64,000 bases of DNA from a virus (Duplodnaviria; Heunggongvirae; Uroviricota; Caudoviricetes): IMG/VR virus record IMGVR_UViG_3300008107_000010. One strand, given 5' to 3'. Positions 27,373 through 36,528 of this stretch are shown here, one piece after another. The stretch's first letter is position 1. Each line of letters opens with the position of its first letter. A program made the position numbers and the translations under genes. The notes under the pieces are model-generated. The model did no database searches. It saw nothing but the letters and a program-made list of their open reading frames with translations, and had not been told where the DNA came from.

Positions 27373-28452
27373 TTATAGATAGTATGCATCTAACATCGAG
27401 TTACTAAAGTAATTGTTTATTTTAGAGAGACAGTCACTTTTGTTTCGATATGCAGCAATTACTAAATCATTTAAATCTTTTATTTCTTCATTATATGTAT
27501 TCATTTTAGTTTCTTTAAGAAATTTGGTCCACAAGAAGATTGATTTACCAGCTTTTAGCTTTTCAAGCATCTTTGTTTTACCAGCTTTATCATTATCAAA
27601 CATATAACGAATTGTTGGAACCTCATCAAGTTCCGTTGTATCGCGTCCTACCGAAGAAAGAGCAATTGAATTACTCATAAACATTCGGTCAAGTGGACCT
27701 TCAAAAATAGTTACGGGTCGAGTAAAATCAGTTTGCGTGATTCCAAATAGGGTTGATATTTTACTAATGGCAATCTTTTCTTCTGGAGTAACTTCAATTG
27801 GTCGCTCCATCCATTCTAAGATTTTATCAAGATCGTATGTTAGGTATTTTGAATTGCTTGTTTTAACAAGAGCTCTTGATTGCATACCAATTACCTTATT
27901 TCCTGGAGCCAAATTTAAAACATAGATACGTTTATCTCTTGGGGAAAAAAGGAAGTTTTCTAATTTGTTTGATAGTAACCTTTTTCTAAGATAGAGCCAA
28001 GGAGCATCACCGACATCGATTTTAACCATCTTTAACGTAGAACATAATTCATCTACGGTTGGAGCCAACTGAAACATTTTTTCAAACATTCCATATTGCA
28101 AAACTTCAACATGATTTGTTTCGCTCTTATTCTCTTTGATCCATTCAATAACCTGAATTGAATCTTCAGTGTTGTCGAATCTTATTTCATGATCCTTTAA
28201 GAAACTATATACGTCAGAATGCTCTCCACAGTTGAAACAATGATACTGTAGAGTGTCCCAGTAGATATTACCACGTTTCTTTTTATCGTCAGAATGCGAA
28301 TCACCACAATAAGGACATGCCAGAGTTATTCGCCCTGGCATTTCCTTTATCATGGTCTTATTTAAGTTTGCGTGCTCTTTTTGTAGAACTTTCTTAACTA
28401 AGACTTTGATTTTTAACTTTAATTCTTCTGATATTTTAGAGGTCGAGGTCAT
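27373..28452 (-). CDS. DNA primase (gp61-like)
   Basis: Zn ribbon CPYCGDS...YHCFNCG; TOPRIM IFEGPLD and YMFDND. Confidence 0.92.
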   Translation of the reverse strand: MTSTSKISEELKLKIKVLVKKVLQKEHANLNKTMIKEMPGRITLACPYCGDSHSDDKKKRGNIYWDTLQYHCFNCGEHSDVYSFLKDHEIRFDNTEDSIQVIEWIKENKSETNHVEVLQYGMFEKMFQLAPTVDELCSTLKMVKIDVGDAPWLYLRKRLLSNKLENFLFSPRDKRIYVLNLAPGNKVIGMQSRALVKTSNSKYLTYDLDKILEWMERPIEVTPEEKIAISKISTLFGITQTDFTRPVTIFEGPLDRMFMSNSIALSSVGRDTTELDEVPTIRYMFDNDKAGKTKMLEKLKAGKSIFLWTKFLKETKMNTYNEEIKDLNDLVIAAYRNKSDCLSKINNYFSNSMLDAYYL

Positions 28453-29374
28453 TCAAGAACGAATCTAAATCATCAGAACTATCTACTGAACTTGATTCAA
28501 CTGGAGCAGCTTCAGCTTTTTTCGGAGCTGGAGATGTTGGAGTATCGAAATCGAAATCGTTTGATTCTTCAACTTTTGGAGCTGCTTTAGCTTTTGGTTT
28601 TGATACAATCTCATCCATTGCAGAACCTGGGTTCAAATATTGGCGAAGAATGCTATTTACGAAATCGCGAGTTTCTTCATCCCATGCTTTGTACTCATAA
28701 GGTTCCAATGATGGAGCTGCATCTAATTCAGTTTTGATTTTGGTCATGAACTCTTGGGTCTTTTCTGCAGTTTCACCATCAACAACAACTGCTGATTTGC
28801 TTGCTGAGAATTTAGACTTATCATAGTTGTTATAATCTCCTTGACGAGTAATAATCAACTCAAAGTTCTTACCATTAAATAGATCGAAAATTTGCGTAGG
28901 TTCACCGAATGCAGGTTTCAATTCTTCATCGATTTTCTCTTTGATTTTGTAACCAAACTTGAAAATCTTGTATTGTCCTTCGAATTCAGGATGCTGAGGA
29001 TCTTTGATAATTTTTACCAAAGCATAATACTGTTCGCGTCTTTTTAATTTATCAGCGATCTTGCGATCTACTGCTGATTCAGACTTACGAAGTTTAAAGA
29101 ATGCATCTGCAATTGGGCACTTTTCTCCAACTGAAGAAGGAGAGTCAATAAGTTTACCTTCACCGGCTGCATCTGTCAACCAATGTACGTACTTTTTAAC
29201 TAGTGAGTTGCGGGGATTCTTTGGATTAGGAACAAATCGGATTAGAGCTTTGTAAGTTCCGTCTTTACCTTCATCAGCGGTAGGTTTGTAAATGTCATTT
29301 GTTGATGAAGAGCTCTGTGTTTCATGAGTATCGACTGCGTCAACGCTCAGATTAAAAATGTCAAATTCTGCCAT
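28436..29374 (-). CDS. Single-stranded DNA-binding protein (gp32-like)
   Basis: YKALIRFVP, CPIAD, KRREQYY...KIIKDP, KIFKFG.KI, G.NF.L, NYDKSKF, acidic tail DDLDSFLNDLDL. Confidence 0.9.
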   Translation of the reverse strand: MAEFDIFNLSVDAVDTHETQSSSSTNDIYKPTADEGKDGTYKALIRFVPNPKNPRNSLVKKYVHWLTDAAGEGKLIDSPSSVGEKCPIADAFFKLRKSESAVDRKIADKLKRREQYYALVKIIKDPQHPEFEGQYKIFKFGYKIKEKIDEELKPAFGEPTQIFDLFNGKNFELIITRQGDYNNYDKSKFSASKSAVVVDGETAEKTQEFMTKIKTELDAAPSLEPYEYKAWDEETRDFVNSILRQYLNPGSAMDEIVSKPKAKAAPKVEESNDFDFDTPTSPAPKKAEAAPVESSSVDSSDDLDSFLNDLDL

Positions 29375-29454
29375 GTCTTTAATACTTTAATTTTCTTTAA
29401 ATTTGTTAATACGTTAAAATCTTTAGGTACCTTAAATCTTTAAAACGATAATGT

Positions 29455-29482
29455 TTATATAGTGTAATTTGATAATGTTTCA
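29455..29482 (-). promoter_or_regulatory. Putative phage promoter TGAAAC-N15-TATATAA for gp32
   Basis: Copy of the repeated motif about 80 nt upstream of the gp32 ATG. Confidence 0.6.
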
Positions 29483-29523
29483 CAGCGTCCTGTAATATTA
29501 TCAGCTTACATACTATATATCTC

Positions 29524-29563
29524 ACTTTACACATTGTAAGCTCCGGACTTTACACATTGTAAG
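29524..29563. repeat. Tandem 17-nt repeat ACTTTACACATTGTAAG x2, each with a TTACA-N3-TGTAA palindrome
   Basis: Copies at 29524-29540 and 29547-29563 (period 23), followed by T-tracts. Confidence 0.9.
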
Positions 29564-29608
29564 ATCCTAAAACTTTTTTCACTTTTTTAAAACTTTTTTT
29601 TAAATTTG

Positions 29609-29637
29609 TGAAACAAACCCGTGCAGCGTGAATATAA
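29609..29637 (+). promoter_or_regulatory. Putative promoter TGAAAC-N16-AATATAA on the plus strand
   Basis: Only plus-strand copy of the motif noticed; no credible plus-strand ORF follows. Confidence 0.45.
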
Positions 29638-29666
29638 GTTATGGTTTTGAGGTGAAGATAAGGTTC

Positions 29667-30311
29667 TTAGAGCGCTTCCAATGAGCTTAGGTAATTAGCT
29701 AGGAAGTAAGCGTCCACCAAATCATCAAGCGGCTTCGGGACCGACTTCCCAATTTCAAGGGTCTGTAGATACTGAAAGAACTCCAGGTCGGACAAATTTT
29801 GGTCTTGTAAACGGTTTTCGACAAAAACGTCCCACAATTCCCTTTTCCCCATATTTCCCTTTCCAGCATGCTTCTTAATTGTCGATGGTGCAACTGTAAG
29901 AATATTACTAATATTATCAAATGAATTTATTATCTTATACTTAAAAATAGCGGCGGCAGCAGCCATATCAATAAGATTATTTGTTCCACCATTTGAACCG
30001 TAAGAAACACCCTCAAACCCAAAAATACAAGGACCTTCGTTAATTTTTGTTTTGATTAACTCAATCATTGAATCCGCCATATTAATAAAGCGATTGATTT
30101 TTAAAAGTTCTTGAGATGAAAAATCTTTAGATGTCTGATAGACCGGCTGATTTACAAGAACTACATTCGGTAATTGTGAAATATGGGATTGCATAGCTTG
30201 GTCTGCTTTTGTACCGGTACCAGGCTTTAAAAAAGAAATAAAGCTGAGTTTATCATTAAGTACTACAACTCCGGGAGAGTTAAGTGAAAAGTCAATTCCT
30301 ATAAAATTCAT
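29667..30311 (-). CDS. RuvC-like Holliday junction resolvase / RNase H-fold nuclease
   Basis: FIGIDFSLNSPG, GFEGVSYG, PSTIKKHAGKGNMGK, DDLVDAY. Confidence 0.8.
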   Translation of the reverse strand: MNFIGIDFSLNSPGVVVLNDKLSFISFLKPGTGTKADQAMQSHISQLPNVVLVNQPVYQTSKDFSSQELLKINRFINMADSMIELIKTKINEGPCIFGFEGVSYGSNGGTNNLIDMAAAAAIFKYKIINSFDNISNILTVAPSTIKKHAGKGNMGKRELWDVFVENRLQDQNLSDLEFFQYLQTLEIGKSVPKPLDDLVDAYFLANYLSSLEAL

Positions 30312-30680
30312 TTAGATTCTTTTACCAAGAGCAGCACCTAACGCAGCACCAACTAATCTTGAGGTTAATAAATCATACATTAATCCAGATTGGATTCCTA
30401 ATACTTTACAAACAGTTTTACCAATTGAAGAACCAAGTGCAAAACCAGTTAGACCGCCAATAATAGATCCTAATAAACCTTCATTGGTTAGTTCCTCGTT
30501 GAATCTTTCAAAATCATAAGATCCATCTTCATTTTTATATGAAGCAACAAATTGTTCTAGAGCAGTTTCTACTTTAGCTTCTAATTCAGGAGTCCATTCT
30601 GAAACAAGTGACTCTTGTAGGAGTTGAATATCTTGTTCTGTTACTTGCTGTTCTGATAAATATTGTTCAAATGTTTTCAT
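30312..30680 (-). CDS. Probable head-packaged protein with glycine-zipper hydrophobic C-terminus
   Basis: MKTFEQYLSE start; GLLGSIIGGLTGFALGSSIG and LVGAALGAALG segments. Confidence 0.65.
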   Translation of the reverse strand: MKTFEQYLSEQQVTEQDIQLLQESLVSEWTPELEAKVETALEQFVASYKNEDGSYDFERFNEELTNEGLLGSIIGGLTGFALGSSIGKTVCKVLGIQSGLMYDLLTSRLVGAALGAALGKRI

Positions 30681-30690
30681 ATAGTATATA

Positions 30691-31242
30691 TTAGTCTATT
30701 TCTAGCACCAAAGAGTACTGATTATAATTAAAAGAAACTGAAAATGTGTTAAATTCAGCAACGTTTTGACTCATATTTAAATCAATTTCCGAGATTGACT
30801 TCATGATTGGTTGATGAAATCTTGCTGAAATAACATGAATACCTTCCGCATCCATAATTTGAAGTTTTAAATCTTCGGCATATTCTTCTTTCTTTGCCCA
30901 ACTATAATAATATAGAAGAGTATCATTCATTATCCAATAATTAATAAATCCGTCAAGAAGTTGCATCGTTACTGTAAATTCTCTCTCAACTAAGTTTTGA
31001 ATTGGCATAGCTCCTCTATGATAATTAATAGTACCATCGTTATTCTGTTGAGTTACTGGGTCGAAACTAATTCCAGGCAAATTAATACCTTGAATACTAT
31101 AATTAATAAAATCTATTGGCTCAGTAAGTATGTTCCCAGGCATTCTGTTCAAATATTTTTTATATTTGTCAGCAACTTCCTTGGGAATAAAGTTTCTAGG
31201 AAACTTAAAGTTGTATAGATTATTTCTACTATTTAAAATCAT
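30691..31242 (-). CDS. Tail tube / tail completion-like protein (gp19/gp3 family)
   Basis: IQGINLPGISF, EFTVTMQL, KLQIMD, FSVSFNY pattern; about 180 aa. Confidence 0.65.
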   Translation of the reverse strand: MILNSRNNLYNFKFPRNFIPKEVADKYKKYLNRMPGNILTEPIDFINYSIQGINLPGISFDPVTQQNNDGTINYHRGAMPIQNLVEREFTVTMQLLDGFINYWIMNDTLLYYYSWAKKEEYAEDLKLQIMDAEGIHVISARFHQPIMKSISEIDLNMSQNVAEFNTFSVSFNYNQYSLVLEID

Positions 31243-33326
31243 TAGATGATATTTACATTTCCATGGTATAGCAATGAGCTAGTACCACCGTTTATGATGT
31301 TAATATAAAATTTATCAGCATTTAAGTTAGCATCAGATTCATCAAATCTAGCCGCAGTAGATTTTGTTATTTTAAATAAAATTTCACCAACGCCCAAGTC
31401 AATATCTGGGAAAGAAGGATCATGATTAATAGTTGCTAAAATATTACCGCTCTTAAGAATTAGTTCAATATTTTCAGCATTTACTAAACTTACAGACTTT
31501 GTTGAATCTCCATCTTTTTGTGCAACTTTAAATTTAACAAAGTTATCTGAAACTTTTGATAGAGTAATAGTAGCCTCTCCATCAGAAAAATACTGAATGT
31601 TCGCTAACTGATTAATAGTTACACCATCTAATGTTACTAGGCTACTTCCTGCTAAAATATTAGTTGTATCTACCGCAACTGGAACGTATTTAGTTTCTCC
31701 AACACTTGGTCTAATTGAGTTAACAAAGTTTGTTAAACTTCTATTTGAACTTGTATCAGCCAAAGTATTGTAAATCTTATTTATAGCATTAGAACCTAAA
31801 TTTACTTGTGATAATCTCTTACCATATTTAGAAGTATTTCTATAAAATAAAGTAGATTTCTTTACAATTTGAGTATTATCAGTTTCATTATAAATACGAA
31901 GTACATAATTAATAAAGAATCCTGCCGCAACGTTAGAGTTTTTAATAATAGGTCTAAATAGTATAGGCTGGTCATATTCTTCAGTTTGAACAAATGTTGT
32001 ATTAAAAGTAGAAATACTACTTAATCCAAGTACTTCTCTAATTTCAACATCATGGAACACAGTAATATCATCGCCTGTTGTAGATTGTCTAGTTAAAATA
32101 TAATCTTCAAATTCATTTTGGCTACCGTCTTTAGTACCATATAATTTAAAATAATCTCCATCAGTTGCCTCTTCGATAACTCCAACAATATCTTGGAATT
32201 CATCTTCTTGCGGAACGGTAAATGTTTTTCCTTCTGAAACATCAGCATACTCTATTCCAGCAACTTCAAGTATTCTATCAATTAGTTTAAAATTAATAGT
32301 ATAACCAGCAGATCCATCAAGACATGCATATCCTCCAGTTTGATGATTTGCAAAGAATACATCTTGGAAATCTTGGTTTAAATTGTTGTCATACATGTGA
32401 GGTAATGCAGGAACCTTAATCTCAATGAATTTAGAGTATGCAGTACCATTAAGTACAAATGGATTTGGATTTTGAATTTCAAAATTACTTGAATTTTTAT
32501 AAACCAAAGAAGTAAAATAGTTATAGACCCCAGATATTCTAGGTACTTTAACTTGAAATAAGAATCCATCATATCCTCTACCAGCAAAACTAAATCCAGT
32601 TCTTAAATGCAATCTAATAGTATCATACCAAATTCGGTTACTATTATTTGCTAAAGTTTCTGGAAGAAAATTCTGAACTGTTGTTCCACTCCATGAAGGA
32701 GATTGTAGATAATCTAATGAATTATTTAAGAGTGCAAATCTAGTTCCATCAACATCATGTTGTACAGCATAATATCTACCAATTTCTCCAGCTGCTGTTT
32801 TAATAGTATTTCCAGTTTCTGCGTCTGGAATAGAAAATAAAGAACTTGCTTTATCTCTAACTATAATTCTTCCAGATTGGTAAACTTTATCAGGATTTAG
32901 TGTAGTATCAGTGTATTCGTAATTATAAGAACCATTTGTGTTAGGTGTATATGTTAAAATACCAGTTATGTTTGAATATGAAGTAGATCCTCCACCGTTA
33001 ATACTAAAATTAGAAGGATCGTTTAAATTATTTAAATCAAACTTATAAGTTTTACCATTTTGTAATTGTAGTTCTCTAGATGCAAAGTTATTTACAACAA
33101 TGTAAATCCCATCCGTATCAACTGAAAATTCAACAACATCGTTACCTAATTCATGTACTAAGTATCTTGTTTTTGTTGAATCAGAGGCATCGGTATCTAA
33201 AAATTTTACATGACTACCATTATTATCGGTCTCTATCAGAACCTCAGATAAGCTAGTTTGGTCATGATAGATAAATTCCATCACGATATCCTGATCTAGT
33301 CCTATAAATTTAGATGATCTTGCCAT
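31242..33326 (-). CDS. Structural protein (beta-rich), function unknown
   Basis: 694 aa ORF within the tail module. Confidence 0.55.
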   Translation of the reverse strand: MARSSKFIGLDQDIVMEFIYHDQTSLSEVLIETDNNGSHVKFLDTDASDSTKTRYLVHELGNDVVEFSVDTDGIYIVVNNFASRELQLQNGKTYKFDLNNLNDPSNFSINGGGSTSYSNITGILTYTPNTNGSYNYEYTDTTLNPDKVYQSGRIIVRDKASSLFSIPDAETGNTIKTAAGEIGRYYAVQHDVDGTRFALLNNSLDYLQSPSWSGTTVQNFLPETLANNSNRIWYDTIRLHLRTGFSFAGRGYDGFLFQVKVPRISGVYNYFTSLVYKNSSNFEIQNPNPFVLNGTAYSKFIEIKVPALPHMYDNNLNQDFQDVFFANHQTGGYACLDGSAGYTINFKLIDRILEVAGIEYADVSEGKTFTVPQEDEFQDIVGVIEEATDGDYFKLYGTKDGSQNEFEDYILTRQSTTGDDITVFHDVEIREVLGLSSISTFNTTFVQTEEYDQPILFRPIIKNSNVAAGFFINYVLRIYNETDNTQIVKKSTLFYRNTSKYGKRLSQVNLGSNAINKIYNTLADTSSNRSLTNFVNSIRPSVGETKYVPVAVDTTNILAGSSLVTLDGVTINQLANIQYFSDGEATITLSKVSDNFVKFKVAQKDGDSTKSVSLVNAENIELILKSGNILATINHDPSFPDIDLGVGEILFKITKSTAARFDESDANLNADKFYINIINGGTSSLLYHGNVNII

Positions 33327-33343
33327 TTGTTATTTTAATAATT

Positions 33344-34147
33344 TTAGAATCTTAACCATTTAGGGCTCCAAAATAGTCCAATACTTAAATTTGGACCAGT
33401 TTGAATTTGTTGACCATTAACTAGAGAGAATCCATATCCGATTCCCGCACCAATTGACCAACCTGCCTTCTTTTCTGGTTTATTTAACTTATTATTTATC
33501 AAGTTTATATTTTCAATCTCTCCGAAAGTAATTCCTGGATAGTCAGTTGCAATTCTAACTTGCTTATATCCATCTTTCTCATCGGTCATTGCATATAACT
33601 TAATGGTTTGTTCAATTTTGAATTCTCCTGGAGATGCTGTAAATTTATTTGAATTGTAAGCAACATCAACAGATCCTGAAAACTTTCTTGTATTTCCTTT
33701 CCCAAAATCATCAAATTTAGAGAATGCAACGTTTGCTGTAGAATCAGAACTTTGTGTTACTGTAGATTCTCCACCTTTAACTTCGGATAGAACTGCAATT
33801 TCAGTTTTCATCAAAGAGTTTACATCTTTTAGATTTTTAATATCTCCAAGAGCCTCTTTGTATTCTTCAACTAATTCTGAATTATTATCTTTTAGTTCAT
33901 CGATAGTATATTCAAAACTTCTTTTTGAAGCAACTAAGCCTCCGTTTTCTTTAATAAGAACTCTAACACTATCTTGCTCTGCTAAAAGATTGTTCATTGC
34001 TCTTTTAGCCTCTTTTTTAGCCATTTCTTTTTCGTCTTTCAATTGTTGAATTGAATTACATTGTTTTAGGAATAGCAATACAACAATAGCTCCAACTATA
34101 AAAGTTAGAACGCTCTTGTTGATACTAGGTAATTTAGGAATTATCAT
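33344..34147 (-). CDS. Membrane-anchored coiled-coil protein, possible spanin-like lysis protein
   Basis: N-terminal hydrophobic helix followed by QC, central coiled coil, C-terminal amphipathic beta strands ending in F. Confidence 0.45.
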   Translation of the reverse strand: MIIPKLPSINKSVLTFIVGAIVVLLFLKQCNSIQQLKDEKEMAKKEAKRAMNNLLAEQDSVRVLIKENGGLVASKRSFEYTIDELKDNNSELVEEYKEALGDIKNLKDVNSLMKTEIAVLSEVKGGESTVTQSSDSTANVAFSKFDDFGKGNTRKFSGSVDVAYNSNKFTASPGEFKIEQTIKLYAMTDEKDGYKQVRIATDYPGITFGEIENINLINNKLNKPEKKAGWSIGAGIGYGFSLVNGQQIQTGPNLSIGLFWSPKWLRF

Positions 34148-34170
34148 AATTTATATTTAAAATTTATTTA

Positions 34171-36495
34171 TTAGTAAGATGAACCTCCAGAACCTCCAGA
34201 ACCTCCTCCGCCATAACCATAACTTATGCTACAATCTCCTCCACCATCTATAACATCATAAGAGTAATCTGAACTTGCACAAGAAACAGACATTCTAGTT
34301 AATAATCCATTCGAAATAACAAAAGACCATGATTTAAAACAAGGGTTTAAAGAAACATAACCGCTTCCATATGTTCCATCGGTGCACCAGTTAATTGGAG
34401 CGTCACTACCCTGTGCTGCTCCCGAGGCAACAACTCTAGCAGTTGAACTAGTTGACATTGTTGATAATGACGAAACAGTTGACCAAAAATATACAGCGTT
34501 CATATCCGGTGTTACTGTAGAATTACACGCATTATATTGAGCAGTTAAATTATAAGAACCAATACCGGCGCTCGTTATTAATTGATCGTATGAAACATTA
34601 TACCAACTTCCAGGGGCATTAGTAACTCCTGACATATTATACATTGAACTAAATGTACCGTTGTTATAATATCTATAAGACCATCCTGATCCGCTATTCC
34701 ATGCATACCATCCTGAACTAGCTCCACTAGTTAAGTTACTATTACTGTAAAGGTTTGTAGTAGTATTAAAATTTGAATTAGATGGAATATAGACAGTTTG
34801 ATCAGTCCATGCTGAAGAACTACTACCTTGGAATCCACTTAATGATCTTTTAACAGATATTCCAGTGCCAGTTACATTTTGCACCGCATCTCCTATTAGA
34901 TAAAGCCAAGTATATAAATTATTAGTTGTTGGAAAACTACTATCCGTTAAAGTTAAAACTAATTGACCGGATTGATTAATTGACGCTGATGTCTGTGTCA
35001 CAGAAGCATCATAAGCTCCCCATCCTCCTTGAGCATTAGTCCATGGCACGTTTTGTGTACGTAATGCAACATTTGTTGTATTATTAAATTGATAGCCTGA
35101 AGATGGAGTAAGTGTATATGTTATTGTAACACCACTTGCTCCGGGAGCTGCACTAGTTGTAAATGTTCCACTTCCACTAATAGTGTAATTAACACTAGAA
35201 TCTAAACTAGAAGCTGTCTTTGATCTTAAAGCTAGAAATGAATTAGTAACTCCAGCTACTCCACTATCTTGCCAGTACCACCCATCCTCTCCTAAATAAA
35301 CAACAAACACCAAATGTACTAAGTCATAGGGTGTTGAATTAAGTGCTCCCGTTGGATAGATCGTCTGAGTTGTATTTGTTATTGTGTCGTCAAACGCGTA
35401 TCCTGTTGTATAATCAGCAGTAAACTCAACGTTTGCTCCGCCTACAATTGCATATTTTGAATTTGTTACAGACGCAGCACCCTGCCCGGTTCCAGAAACA
35501 GCATCAATTGTATAATCAAATGAGCTTAGATCTGGGACTTGTATAGATGAACCTTGTCCGTTTGTCCAGTTTTTACCATTACACAAATACCATCCTTTGT
35601 AATCTCCTTTGCCGCGACCATGTCTAACTTTTAAAACTTGTCCAGATCCACCTGACCAAGTTTCAGCATCTTTATAAAAATTATTAGTATCATCAAATAT
35701 ACTAGTTAATATAGGAACAATTGTGCCAACGGGAACAACACCACCAATTTCATTTACTGATTTCCATGTTGTAGTACCTTGAATATCTGTTGCTACCAAT
35801 ATTTTTCCATCTGCTGGACTTCCACTATTAATCTTTACAGTATTTTGAAAAGTAGTTGCTTGAGAAAAAGCAGAGTTAACATTAACATTAAAACCGCTAT
35901 TTAATATTTCAACAAAATTATTAGTACCATCTGAAAACTCAAACCCATCAGCAAAAAATTGCCATTGAGTTGGATTTGCATTTGAAGTGTTTGCAAAACC
36001 CATTTCAAATTTAGTAGTTGTTCCGTCTTGAAATAATTTAAAACCAATTTTATTATTATCTGAAGTAGTTACACTATCATCAGTTAATAATAAATTATAT
36101 CCATATATTGCCTTTCTATTAATAAGAACAGAAGTTTCATCAAATACTGTGTCATATAAAGGATCTAACTTATCAATACCGAACATTACTGTCGGAGGAT
36201 TAATTTCATTACCGTGTATTGGAACTAGAGTCTTGTTGCTTGCATTTATGTTAGCATTAATTTTCCAATAATTAGCAGCCGCAGCACCTTGAGGTCCTTG
36301 ATTTCCTTGAGGTCCTATAACACCTTGATTTCCTTGTGGTCCAGTTAAACCATCTAAACCCTGCGGTCCAGTTGCGCCTTGTGCTCCGCTTGGACCACCT
36401 CCATTTGCAACAATCTGATCAAAGTTATAATTTATTGTATCTAACTTTTGATTATCAGTTTGAGCGGATAATATAGGTTTTAAATTTAGTGACAT
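34171..36495 (-). CDS. Tail fibre-like protein with collagen repeat and tail-collar-like domain
   Basis: INYNFDQI, a (G-x-y) collagen run GPSGAQGATGPQG..., VPVGTIVP...GWYLCNG...VPDL; S/T/G/N-rich C-half. Confidence 0.8.
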   Translation of the reverse strand: MSLNLKPILSAQTDNQKLDTINYNFDQIVANGGGPSGAQGATGPQGLDGLTGPQGNQGVIGPQGNQGPQGAAAANYWKINANINASNKTLVPIHGNEINPPTVMFGIDKLDPLYDTVFDETSVLINRKAIYGYNLLLTDDSVTTSDNNKIGFKLFQDGTTTKFEMGFANTSNANPTQWQFFADGFEFSDGTNNFVEILNSGFNVNVNSAFSQATTFQNTVKINSGSPADGKILVATDIQGTTTWKSVNEIGGVVPVGTIVPILTSIFDDTNNFYKDAETWSGGSGQVLKVRHGRGKGDYKGWYLCNGKNWTNGQGSSIQVPDLSSFDYTIDAVSGTGQGAASVTNSKYAIVGGANVEFTADYTTGYAFDDTITNTTQTIYPTGALNSTPYDLVHLVFVVYLGEDGWYWQDSGVAGVTNSFLALRSKTASSLDSSVNYTISGSGTFTTSAAPGASGVTITYTLTPSSGYQFNNTTNVALRTQNVPWTNAQGGWGAYDASVTQTSASINQSGQLVLTLTDSSFPTTNNLYTWLYLIGDAVQNVTGTGISVKRSLSGFQGSSSSAWTDQTVYIPSNSNFNTTTNLYSNSNLTSGASSGWYAWNSGSGWSYRYYNNGTFSSMYNMSGVTNAPGSWYNVSYDQLITSAGIGSYNLTAQYNACNSTVTPDMNAVYFWSTVSSLSTMSTSSTARVVASGAAQGSDAPINWCTDGTYGSGYVSLNPCFKSWSFVISNGLLTRMSVSCASSDYSYDVIDGGGDCSISYGYGGGGSGGSGGSSY

Positions 36496-36528
36496 TATGG
36501 TCTAAATATTTTTATCTTTATATTTATC

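Noticed and set aside
29524-29563. Possible mini-CRISPR array
   Set aside because: Only two 17-nt repeats with a 6-nt gap, far too short for a spacer; no cas genes.
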